A stretch of 64,000 nt of DNA from Rebecca billardiae RCC1528 (taxonomy: Eukaryota > Protista > Haptophyta). The notes under the pieces are model-generated. The model made no database searches. It was not told the origin of the DNA and saw only the letters and a program-made list of their open reading frames with translations. Position numbers and translations under genes: made by a program. Shown here piece by piece: positions 10,876 through 20,860 of this stretch (its first letter is position 1; each line of letters begins with the position of its first letter). The DNA is taken from positions 868,001 through 932,000 of the forward strand of contig OZ251230.1 of the NCBI GenBank assembly GCA_965240325.2, written 5' to 3'.

Positions 10876-11854
10876 ATGCTCAAGACCGTTCTCGTCACGG
10901 GCTCGACCGATGGGATCGGCCTCGAGACGGCAAAGATGCTCGTGGCGGCCGGACATGCGGTCCTCATGCACGGGCGTAACCCGGCCAAGCTCGAGCGCGC
11001 GGCTGCGACGGTCTCAAGCGTCCCCGCCCGGCGCACGCGCGGGGCCGTGGAGACGTTCCTTGCCGACCTCTCGCGCATGGCCGACGTCGAGGCGCTCGCG
11101 GCGGCGGTGCGCCAGCGGCACAGGACTCTCGATGTTCTGGTCAACAACGCGGGTGTCCTTCAATCCCCTGACCCCGTCACGCCCGATGGGCTGGATGTGC
11201 GCTTTGCCGTCAACACGCTTGCACCGCACCTCCTGACGAGGCGACTGCTGCCGATCATTGGCGGCGACGGGCGTGTGATCCACGTCACCTCAGCGGCGCA
11301 GGCGCCCGTCGATCTGCACGCACTCGCCGGCACCGCGAAGATCGACGAGATGGCCGCCTACCAACAGAGCAAGCTCGCTCTGACCATGTGCGCCCTGCAC
11401 ACAGCGGCGGCGGTCGGGCCACTTGGGCCGGTCGTCGTGGCGGTGAACCCCGGCTCCTTGCTCGCAAGCAACATGGTGCGCGACAAGTTTGGCGTCACCG
11501 CCAGCGGCGTTGGCCCCGGCGGCGCCATCCTCTCACGCGCGGCGCTCTCCGACGACTTTGCGTCGGCGTCTGGCCAGTACTACGACAACGATCTTGGCAG
11601 ATTCGCAGAGCCACACCCCGAGGCGCAGCGGCCGGGCAGAGTATCGACCGTGGTGCGCGCGCGCGGCCGCGCCGCCATCGTGGCCGAGTGTCGCGCGGGG
11701 CTCGCGCGCGGGCATGCCGCGCCAGCCCTCAGCCGCGCCCCCGCCCCCGCCTCCGGGTGGCGCGTGGTACACTCGCGCCTGGCAGGTGCGCGCCGTCGAG
11801 GAGCGCCTGCGCGTCGCAGGATCAGAGGTCGGGCCGCTTCAGGCGGCGACGTAG
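10876..11854 (+). CDS. Short-chain dehydrogenase/reductase; 2 exons (10876-11652, 11786-11854)
   Basis: TGSTDGIG, VNNAG and YQQSK catalytic motifs; the GTGCGC...GGCAG intron 11653-11785 restores a plausible C-terminus (VRAVEERL...*). Confidence 0.85.
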
Positions 11855-12090
11855 TTGGCATATACATGTCTGGCATGGCATCGGTCGTGAGCCGCGGGGC
11901 TCGAGCATGGCTCGGACCTTGCGCATTCGGCCCGGCCCTGAGGCTGGAGAAGACTCCGCCCGGTCGAAGAGGGTGCGACCGCCCACGGCCTGTCGGTTGT
12001 CTGGACTCTGGAGCCCATGCAAAATGACTGCTGGACAGTGCGGTGTCCAGTTTTGTCATCACCAGAGCCATCTCATCAGCAGATCCATCC

Positions 12091-13398
12091 ATGGCGGCTG
12101 GGACGGCCGGGCCGTCGGTGGCTTGGTCTTGGCTGGTTGGGGGACACGCCGCGCATGTACGCGCGGTAAGGTTCGAGCCCACCGCGCATGCGCACCTCCT
12201 CTCAGTGGATGCTGATGGCAAAGCTTGCATGTGGCGGCGCGCCTCGGGCGACCTCGTGTCCTCGGGAAACACGCACGGAGCCGTGCATGCGATGCACTGG
12301 CGCGCAGGCACGATCCTCATGCATGGGCCGGACGGTCGAGTGCGCGTTTGGGATGACGGTCGATTCCCATCCTCGTCACCACTGATCAACGTGGCCACGG
12401 GCACGGGCACGAGATGCTCGCTGGCGCTCAGCACGCCCGAGACGCCGGCGCGCGAGCGTCTGCTCTTTGCCCTGCCCAGCGCGCAGTGCGCGGCGGATGT
12501 GGAGATCTTCTCGCTGCGCAGTGGCACGGGCTCGCCCAGCCCCGTGCTCACGCTGCGCAAGCCCTTCGTTGGCCCGGGCCCAGCGTGCACCGCGCTCGCG
12601 TTCGCAGCGGAGGACGGGCCAGCCAGTGCTGAGGACGCATGCGCCCCCGCCGGGGTTGGCGCGCGCCACCTGCTGGTGGGGCGGGCGGACGGCAGCGTCG
12701 GGCTGTGGGATCTGAGCGCGGGTCGCGAGGTGATTGACGGCGTCGTGCACGCTGCAGCTGACGAGGCGCGCGATGGTCTCGGTGGCGTCACGGCCGTGGC
12801 CACCTCGCCCGCCACGGGCAGCCTGACGCTGAGCGCCGGCTCAGACGGGCAGCTGGTCGCACTCTCCTGGTCTGGCGCTGGCTACGGCTGCAAGCCACCC
12901 GGAGCGCGTGAGCTGCACAGGTGGGATGTGCCAGCGCCGTGCGCGCCGCCCGTGGCGTTCGGCGCCACGCACCCGGCCACGGCCCGCGCGCCCGTCATCG
13001 ACTCGCTCGTCGTGGCCTCGGACGGCCGCATCGCGTGCGCACCAAGCCGCGCGCACAGCGGCTGCCTGAACGTGACGCACGCAGAGGTGCATCTCTACGA
13101 CCTTCACAAGTGGCGCCGGTTGAGGTCGTTGGGCCTCGGGGCGCAGGGTGTGAATGCTGAGCCTGGGCGTGAGCCGGTCTTGCCGCCGACCCCCGCTGAC
13201 TTGTGCGCCCTGGGCGCACCCTCACCGAGTTCGAATGAGTGGGCCAACACCGGCCGCACCCGCACGCAAGACGGTGCTGGCAGTTCACTCGACGGCCGCG
13301 CAGCCTACGCGCTCGCCGCAGCCAGCTGGGACCCGCGGCAGTCGAAGCCCGTCGTGCTTTGCGCCGCGCTCACCCTGGAAGGTCGCCCGCTCGTTTGA
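12091..13398 (+). CDS. WD40-repeat protein
   Basis: GH...LLSVDADGKACMW, GPDGRVRVWD, GRADGSVGLWDL, SAGSDGQL repeats; ATG 12091. Confidence 0.7.
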   Translation: MAAGTAGPSVAWSWLVGGHAAHVRAVRFEPTAHAHLLSVDADGKACMWRRASGDLVSSGNTHGAVHAMHWRAGTILMHGPDGRVRVWDDGRFPSSSPLINVATGTGTRCSLALSTPETPARERLLFALPSAQCAADVEIFSLRSGTGSPSPVLTLRKPFVGPGPACTALAFAAEDGPASAEDACAPAGVGARHLLVGRADGSVGLWDLSAGREVIDGVVHAAADEARDGLGGVTAVATSPATGSLTLSAGSDGQLVALSWSGAGYGCKPPGARELHRWDVPAPCAPPVAFGATHPATARAPVIDSLVVASDGRIACAPSRAHSGCLNVTHAEVHLYDLHKWRRLRSLGLGAQGVNAEPGREPVLPPTPADLCALGAPSPSSNEWANTGRTRTQDGAGSSLDGRAAYALAAASWDPRQSKPVVLCAALTLEGRPLV

Positions 13399-13748
13399 GC
13401 GCGTTGCATTTCATCGCATGCATGGCGATCCGCGTGCGAGGATGCGTGACGAGCGAGTACGGCGAACACGGGCAAACTAGCAGAGTACGGTAGTACTTAG
13501 CTCATCATACATCACTACGCTAGCTTTAGCTGCGCTATTGTCAGCTATTGAGACGACCGTTACCAGCTAGATCGAGTCTAGTAGAGTGATCGGCTGACAG
13601 TCCAGTTACTCAGTCAGCAGCCTGTCAATCACTCGACCGGTATAGTAATAAAGAGTAGTCACGGAGAGTCAGCAGACTCAGCAGTGCGGCATAAGCTAGT
13701 AGTTAGGCTGTAGTTCATCATAATATATATTCTCGTATAACACTGCTA

Positions 13749-13750
<2 letters not shown>

Positions 13751-13821
<71 letters not shown>
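13751..13821. repeat. (TA)n microsatellite
   Basis: ~70 nt TA run. Confidence 0.95.
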
Positions 13822-13825
<4 letters not shown>

Positions 13826-13967
13826 GCTCTGGCTCCGGTTAACTCCCTGCCAGTCCGGTCATAGAAACCGGGCGTACCGAAAATGATCTTCGCATTCCTG
13901 CGGCCGAATGAACGCCCGAAGTGTCCCACAGGGCTCTGACAAGTAGGGTTACTATGGATCATGCAGC

Positions 13968-14102
13968 CAATAAGTGCCCAGGGTGTGAAACTCAGTTTGT
14001 GATGACTACTTCAGACTCTATTTTTTCATAGCTATTTACCCAGTCCGGTGACATATTTCCAATAGCTACGGGTGCATCCGGATCGCTCCCGCGGCTCCCG
14101 GA
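13968..14102 (+). repeat. ~135-bp direct repeat, copy 1 (copy 2 at 17529-17659)
   Basis: CAATAAGTGCCCAGGGTGTGAAACTC...CCGCGGCTCCCGGA is near-identical at both sites. Confidence 0.9.
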
Positions 14103-14205
14103 AGCCTGCCCTCGGTAGTAAACTCGTAACGTCTTTCCGATTCCGGACTGGTCTGCCATGAGCCGGCAGCCCCACGGCCACGGGCCAGCCCGCCGGCAGT
14201 GCTAT

Positions 14206-14383
14206 ATGACAGCCCTACAGTTTACTAAGCGTACTAACTGACTAAGAGACGCACACAGCTCAGGCAGGCGAGATTACCTTACGGTGCCGCCGGGTGCCCT
14301 TGCCGTCCTGACGACGACGCAGCTGTGATGCTGCTGCTCAGGCCCGGCTCCCCCCGGTCACACGCCTGGCCATCACCACGGGT
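14206..14383 (+). repeat. ~170-bp direct repeat, copy 1 (copy 2 at 16184-16347), containing the 3' end of the Cys-repeat gene
   Basis: ATGACAGCCCTACAGTTTACTAAG...CATCACCACGGGT duplicated; both copies encode ...VVMARRVTGGSRA* on the minus strand. Confidence 0.9.
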
Positions 14384-15963
14384 CGTTCACACGACGGCGT
14401 CGAGACGACGCTGGCTGTGACCAGCTGCGGCAGCTGCGATGATCGCGGCCGCCGCGCTGCCACAACGTCCGGAGCAGTGGCTGTGCTGCTGGCGCGCTTC
14501 CGCTGTCGCTTGGCGGCGCTCGTCACTTCGTTGGGGCTCTTCATGTCTTGCTGCAGCCCGCGCGTGTGCCGACCTGAACTCCGATGGCGCTTCATGCCGG
14601 CCAGCTTGTGCGCAGCGCAACGGCTGGCGCGCGCGTCGCCCGGCATGCCGAATGAAGGCCCCGCGGTGCAGCCTGTGTGATCGCACTTGGGGTGCTTCAG
14701 GTCGACCATGCCTGCCAGCTTGTGCGCAGCGCACCGGCTGGCGCGCGCGTCACCCGCCATGCCGTAGGAAGGCCGCGTGGTGCAGCCTGTGTGATCGCAC
14801 TTGGGGCTCTTCAGGTCGACCATGCCGGCCAGCTTGTGCGCAGCGCACCGGCTGGCACGCGCGTCACCCGGCATGCCGAACGCAGGCTGCGTGGTGCAGC
14901 CCGTGTGATCGCACTTGCGGCTCTTCAGGTCGACCATGCCTGCCAGCTTGTGTGCAGCGCACCGGCTGGCACGCGCGTCGCCCGGCATGCCGTAGGAAGG
15001 CTGCGTGGTGCAGCCCGTGTGATCGCACTTGCGGTTCTCCAGGTCGACCATGCCGGCCAGCTTGTGCGCAGCGCACCGGCTGGCGCGCGCGTCACCCGCC
15101 ATGCCGTAGGAAGGCCGCGTGGTGCAGCCCGCGTGTTCACACTTGGGGTTCGTAACGTTGACCATGCCAGCCAGCTTGTGCGCAGCGCACCGGCTGGCGC
15201 GCGCGTCGCCCGGCATGCCGAAGTGAGGCCCCGTGGTGCAGCCCGTGTGATCGCACTTGCGGCTCTTCAGGTCGACCATGCCTGTCAGCTTGTGCGCAGC
15301 ACACCGGCTCGCGCGCGCGTCGCCCGGCATGCCGAATGAAGGCCCCGTGGTGCAGCCCGTGTGATCGCACGTGGGGTGCTTCAGGTCGACCATGCCGGCC
15401 AGCTTGTGCGCAGCGCACCGGCTGGCACGCGCGTCACCCGGCATGCCGAACGCAGGCTGCGTGGTGCAGCCCGTGTGATCGCACTTGCGGCTCTTCAGGT
15501 CGACCATGCCTGCCAGCTTGTGCGCAGCGCACCGGCTGGCGCGCGCGTCGCCCGGCATGCCGAATGAAGACCGCGTGGTGCAGCCCGTGTGATCGCACGT
15601 GGGGTTCTTCAGGTCGACCATGCCGGCCAGCTTGTGCGCAGCGCACCGGCTGGCACGCGCGTCACCCGGCATGCCGAACGCAGGCTGCGTGGTGCAGCCC
15701 GTGTGATCGCACTTGCGGCTCTTCAGGTCGACCATGCCTGCCAGCTTGTGCGCAGCGCACCGGCTGGCACGCGCGTCACCCGGCATGCCGAATGAAGGCC
15801 CCGCGGTGCAGCCCGTGTGATCGCACTTGGGGTGCTTCAGGTCGACCATGCCGGCCAGCTTGTGCGCAGCGCACCGGCTGGCACGCGCGTCACCCGGCAT
15901 GCCGAAGTAAGGCCGCGTGGTGCAGCCCGTGTGATCGCACTTGCGGTGCTTCAGGCCGACCAT
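14338..15963 (-). CDS. EsV-1-7-like cysteine-rich tandem repeat protein (12 x 38 aa; putative Zn-finger array)
   Basis: Repeat MVDLKxxKCDHTGCTTxPxFGMPGDARASRCAAHKLAG (C-x4-C...C-x2-H) matches the EsV-1-7 repeat consensus; C-terminal basic KRQRKR; first ATG 15963, an upstream exon is possible. Confidence 0.8.
   Translation of the reverse strand: MVGLKHRKCDHTGCTTRPYFGMPGDARASRCAAHKLAGMVDLKHPKCDHTGCTAGPSFGMPGDARASRCAAHKLAGMVDLKSRKCDHTGCTTQPAFGMPGDARASRCAAHKLAGMVDLKNPTCDHTGCTTRSSFGMPGDARASRCAAHKLAGMVDLKSRKCDHTGCTTQPAFGMPGDARASRCAAHKLAGMVDLKHPTCDHTGCTTGPSFGMPGDARASRCAAHKLTGMVDLKSRKCDHTGCTTGPHFGMPGDARASRCAAHKLAGMVNVTNPKCEHAGCTTRPSYGMAGDARASRCAAHKLAGMVDLENRKCDHTGCTTQPSYGMPGDARASRCAAHKLAGMVDLKSRKCDHTGCTTQPAFGMPGDARASRCAAHKLAGMVDLKSPKCDHTGCTTRPSYGMAGDARASRCAAHKLAGMVDLKHPKCDHTGCTAGPSFGMPGDARASRCAAHKLAGMKRHRSSGRHTRGLQQDMKSPNEVTSAAKRQRKRASSTATAPDVVAARRPRSSQLPQLVTASVVSTPSCERPVVMARRVTGGSRA
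14596..15963 (-). repeat. 114-bp coding minisatellite, 12 units
   Basis: 1368 bp = 12 x 114 between the first and last ATG anchors. Confidence 0.95.
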
Positions 15964-16410
15964 GCCGGCCAGCTTGGCTGGGAAGGCGACCACGACCCTG
16001 GCCGCGCCCGCCGTCGCGCGCGCCTCGAGTTGACGAGCACCCACGCCGACGCTTTTCAGACTCGAACGTCACTTCCCCTGTACGACGGTATCCTCGATAT
16101 CGCCGCTCCGGCCGCACCACCGTCCGTGAAGTCCTCCGGTGAGAGTCAGAGTCCAGAGACTCAGGGACGGTCACGGTTGACAAATGACAGCCCTACAGTT
16201 TACTAAGACTAAGAGACGCACACAGCTCAGGCAGGCGAGATTACCTTACGGTGCCGGGTGCCCTTGCCGTCCTGACGACGACGCAGCTGTGATGCTGCTG
16301 CTCAGGCCCGGCTCCCCCCGGTCACACGCCTGGCCATCACCACGGGTTTATAACGGGCTCCGGGTAGCACGGCATGTAACCTGGCGGGGCGGATGACGAG
16401 AGTGTGCAAG

Positions 16411-16967
16411 AGACTACCCGCTCGCACCACGCCGACTGGATCAGGCGAAGGCTCCGCACTGCAGATCAGGCTCGGCGAGACGCGGCTGAACCGCGACGTC
16501 CTCGCGACCGCCCGCGCTTGAACATGCCGAGAGTTCAGCTGCGCGGCGTGCGGCGTGGCGTGTGCGGGCCCGCGCTTGAACATGCCGAGAGTTCAGCTGC
16601 GCGGCGTGCGGCGTGGCGCGCGCGGGCGTGCGCATGGATTCACGCGTTAGGATGCCCCGCGGTCTCCTCCTCGTACCGTCGCCGACTGCTCTCCGCGCGC
16701 GAGCGTCGACATCGATTCGTGTCCGCGGTCGTGCTCGGTTGGAAACCGCACTGACTGGGCCGAAGAGGGATCGGCAGGGCGGGGCGCGCGGGGTGGGCGG
16801 GCACGAAAGCGACGCCGACGACCGTCGGGATACCCGCCGCAGCCGCGCGCACCTGCGCTGAGTCCGTCGGATTGAACGATCGTGCGCTGCCGCAGCGGGC
16901 CGCCGCTCGGCCTCCGTTCGCTTTCGTTCGGCTGCTGGTGGCCGAGGCGGCGAGGCGACGACTCCAG
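16411..16967 (+). repeat. Dispersed ~520-550-bp repeat (second copy at 62801-63314)
   Basis: AGACTACCCGCTCGCACCACG...GGCGACGACTCCAG shared; this copy carries an extra ~60-bp internal tandem duplication. Confidence 0.9.
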
Positions 16968-17056
16968 AGCTCAGAAGGCCGTATCCAGTATTCATTCCGC
17001 CGGCGGCACCGGCGCCGGTGGCGCCGCCGCAGGCAGTCGAAGCCGGGAGCCAGCGC

Positions 17057-17451
17057 AATTCCGCACCATCGCCGCGCGATGTGCCCTTGCGATCGAGTTG
17101 CGCCGAGGTTCTCGATGCACTCACGATCTGAGTCCGCCTCGGCGTCCACGAGCGCTCCGACGTGATGCACGGCGCGAGCTGAGTCGCCATCGTAAGCATC
17201 GGTGCGCACGCGGCGCGGAGCGAGCTCCGGAGTCATGGGCGTGTGCGCCGGCACGGCGGCGACCGTCGCGAGCAGCAAGAGGATGGGCGAGGGGTGTGGG
17301 CCGTTTGCCGGTGCTCGGTCAGTGGATCGCTTTGGATTGCTTTCGCGCGCGGACGGCGGTCCGGGCCGGGGCTCGCTCGCGGTCCGTTGTTCCCGATCCA
17401 TTTGGCCCAACTCGATCGCAAGGGCACATCGCACGGCGATGGTGCGGAATT
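17057..17451. repeat. 48-bp inverted repeat pair (17057-17104 / 17404-17451)
   Basis: AATTCCGCACCATCGCCG(C/T)GCGATGTGCCCTTGCGATCGAGTTG(C/G)GCC and its reverse complement, 2 mismatches. Confidence 0.8.
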
Positions 17452-17933
17452 TGTTATTTTATTCGATTTATCGTCTGCAGTCTGCTCGTTTTGGCCCTTT
17501 CAGAGGAAAAGGGTATTGGACAATTTGTCAATAAGTGCCCAGGGTGTGAAACTCAGTTTGTGACTACTTCAGACTCTATTTTTCATAGCTATTTACCCAG
17601 TCCGGTGACATATTTCCAATAGCTACGGGTGCATCCGGATCGCTCCCGCGGCTCCCGGACCGTGTTCTGACCAGAGTCTGAAATGGGTAAATACATAGTA
17701 AAAATAGAGTCTGAACTATAGAGGAAGTGCTTGTTGGCCCACTGATATCGCTCTGAAGTCATCATCTAGGCATCCATTGCCAAGGTCCTCCTGTGCAGTT
17801 TTCACGAGTGACTTCATGAAGGAGCTCACGGTGCCCGTCTCTGGCAGGGGTCAACCGAACACTAGTACTAACAGTGCGATTCAGTATCGTGATCGTCGCG
17901 CCAGTGTATCAGCAGACGACTGCTACGATCATA

Positions 17934-18452
17934 CAGGCAATCGCGGGCAATAAGAAGTCAGAGATCTCACGGCTAGCCTCGGTTTCTTAGCCGTTCGGTA
18001 GCCCGAGCGCCTACGGAGTCTCAGTTTCTTAGCTAGGTCCGCCCGCCGCGCAGGCGCGGGGGGCGCAGGGGGGCAGAGCCCCCCGCTAAGTCTTTAGGCC
18101 CGGCCGGCGAGGCCGACGAAAATTTTGGGCCTTTTTGGAGCAAATCTGGCCTGATGTTGCATGGATGCTGCGGTGCACTGGCCAGGAGTCAGTCATCAGG
18201 AGAAGTCGGGACTTGGCCTGTACTCGTAGTCGGGCCGCGCGCCGCGTCCCCGACGGGCCGACTGCGCCTCGCCCCTCGGCGGACCACTCGTCAGCTGGGA
18301 CGACGTAGTCGGACCGCCGGGACCGGTAGTTCTTAGTGTGACTATGCGTATAGCGAACCAGCCAATCGCTAGCCTCAGTTTCTAGGCCAGATCCGCAGAT
18401 AGCAAGCCCCAGTTTCTTAACGTGACAGCTCCTTATTGCCCGCGATTGCCTG
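17934..18452. mobile_element. Tc1/mariner-type MITE, copy 2
   Basis: Same TIRs and TA flanks as 4445-4949, unrelated flanking DNA. Confidence 0.9.
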
Positions 18453-18671
18453 TATGATATCATCCGCGTGTTGAGCGCTTAAGTCACGCTGGCTTCATCC
18501 ACAGAGTACAGACAAAAGCAGCGCGCCAGCGGCTGGCTGCACAGATGACACCAGACAGACAGCAGACACTGTATTGACATGTATGCTGACATCCCAGGTG
18601 CGCCGCGCGTCAGCACGTGCAGCCGCAGCGGGGCGCCCGCCTCTGCCGTGGCGAGCGCTCGGCGCGCGCGT

Positions 18672-20142
18672 CTACTCGCGCTCGCTCGCGAACTGCGTCT
18701 TGTCCAGCGCGTCGAAGAACGGGTGCTCGAGCGCCTCCCTCGCGGTGATGCGCCGGTCCGGGTCGTACTGCAGCATGCGGCCCAGCAGGTCGAGCCCGGT
18801 GAAGTCGGCGTCGAGGGCGGGGACGACGCCCTCGAGCGGCTGGGGCTGCCACTTGGGGAAGCAGTCCTTCCAGTCGGGCAGCGTGGTCACCCCGGGCCAG
18901 CTCTCCACCCGCGGCGTGCCCATCACCCGGAAGATTTTGAGCAGCTGGTCGATCTCGGAGTCGCCCGGGAACAGCGGCCGGCCGTTGAGCATCTCGGCGA
19001 GCATGCACGCGACCGACCAGATGTCAACCGCCCACGAGTACGACTTGATGCCGAGGAGGATCTCGGGCGCGCGGTACCACAGCGTGACCACCTCGTGAGT
19101 GTAAGGTCGCAGCGGCAGGTTGAACACGCGCGCCAGCCCGAAGTCGGCGAGCTTGAGCGTCCATGCGCGCTCGCCCGCGCCCTCGACCATCCCGGACGGG
19201 TTGTGCGCGCCGCGCTGCATCAGGATGTTGTGCGGCTTGATGTCGCGGTGGAAGACGCGGTTGGCGTGGCAGTGGGAGACGGCGAGGAGCAGCTGGTACA
19301 TGAGTGGACGCACCGTCGCGAGCGGCAGCCCTGCGCGGCGGCGGCGGACCCGAGCGGGCGCGGTGCAGCAAGCCGCGCGCGCGTGAGCGTCGCCTGCCGC
19401 TGGGGGCACGCGTGTTCGCCTCCTGTGCGCACCTCGTCTGGCCGTGCCGCGCGCACCCTGTTGGCTCGCCGCGAGGAAGTGGTGCAGGTCGCACTCGAGG
19501 TGCTCGAAAATCAGCCAGAGCGCGCCGTCCTGCACGATGATGTCCAGCAGTCTGCGCGGCAGGCGCGCGCGCGCGCGCGTTTGCTCACGCCGGCTGGGAC
19601 GCCCGCCTCGCAGAGCGGGCGCGGGCGGGCCCGGCAAGGTGCGGGGATGCGGGCGGCAGGCGGGTGGCGGATCGCGAGGCACGCGCCCGGCGCCATGCCC
19701 GCGCTCACCTCACAATGAACTCGCAGCGCGAGTCCTTCAGGAGAGAGATCTCGCGCATGGCGGTGCATGGCACGCCCTCGTCGTGGTCGAGGAGCACGCG
19801 CTTGATCGCGACGCTCTGCGGGCAGCGCGGGCGGGGGACAGGGCGGTGTGGCTGGTGACGACAGTGGACGCGCGCTGCCAGCCGCTCGGCAGCGCGTCCG
19901 CTATGCGCACCTCGCACGCGCGTTGCGCGCCTGCTCAGGGCGAGGCACGCGCGCGCGCGCGCGGTGAGGGCGCGCATGACTCGCACCTCGTTTGTGCACC
20001 TGTCGACCGCCTTGTAGACGACGCCATACATGCCCTCGCCGATCTTATGCTGCATGTGGTACCGCGTCAGCCCCGCCGGTGCAGTGCTCGGCGGGTACGC
20101 ATCGTAGCCGCCCCCTCGCTCGGGCCGATGAGGCCACGCCAT
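18672..20142 (-). CDS. Cyclin-dependent kinase (CDK1/2-like; PCTAMRE helix); ~4 exons (20142-19987, 19815-19709, 19551-19457, 19330-18672)
   Basis: KIGEGMYGVVYKA, VAIKR, EGVPCTAMREISLL, HRDIKPHN, KLADFGLAR, YTHEVVTLWYRAPE, GDSEIDQ; GT-AG introns restore frame; the third intron donor is ambiguous. Confidence 0.92.
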
Positions 20143-20860
20143 GCTTGCCGCGCAAGCTCCCGCGCCCCGCCCCACCGTTCGCGCGCATTTTACGACCGTC
20201 ACGGCTCGTCGCGCTAAAGCCGGTGTGTTCGTGCCCCCTGCTTCGTCCGGTCCGGGCGAGTTTGGCGCCATTTGTGCCCACCATTTTCATTTTGGCGCCC
20301 AATCCCATGGACAGCAAGTTCGATCAAAGGACGTGCCTGCTACAGTTTACTAAGAATAAAAGACGCACACAGCTTAGCACGACGACGGCCTATGAATCTA
20401 TGATTGCATCATGATTCATGGGCCGGCTGGCTCAGCCCTCGAGTCATTCAGTCTTCGGGGCTGGTCTCGCGCAGTAGCACTGAGCGTCCCGACGATCTGA
20501 GCGCAGCGCCCGTGGTGGCCGACGGTGGGGACCGACGTGACCTGACGGAGCCTCTGACAGTGACAGTCCTGGACCGCGTAGGGCCGTAGCCGTACTCCGT
20601 AGCCGTAGGCATCCAGCCGGATGTAAAGCAGCAACTTGGCGTTGACAGGCCGTGCAATCCTCGGAAGCGCGCCGCCGCGGCGCGCCGTGGCGGGGCTGCG
20701 CCACGCAGGGCGGCATGGAGCCCTTGCGCACCCTGCCTGCCGAGCGAAATGCCCATTCGCCAATCCTCAGCTGGCAGGCTGACTCGCCGCGCTGCAAGTC
20801 CCATTATTATTGAAGCCAACTCTGCAGATGCCAGCACGCGCCAGCCGCGCACACCTCGCA

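Noticed and set aside
14596-15963. CRISPR-like array
   Set aside because: Units are 114-bp in-frame coding repeats with no unique spacers, and no cas genes are present.
5199-15963. Functional link between the deaminase and diversification of the repeat array (VLR-like system)
   Set aside because: Only ~8-kb proximity with unrelated genes between; no donor cassettes are seen and the repeat variation is explained by unit recombination.
13968-17659. LTR retrotransposon
   Set aside because: The direct repeats are short, lack TG...CA ends and a TSD, and no gag/pol motifs are present.
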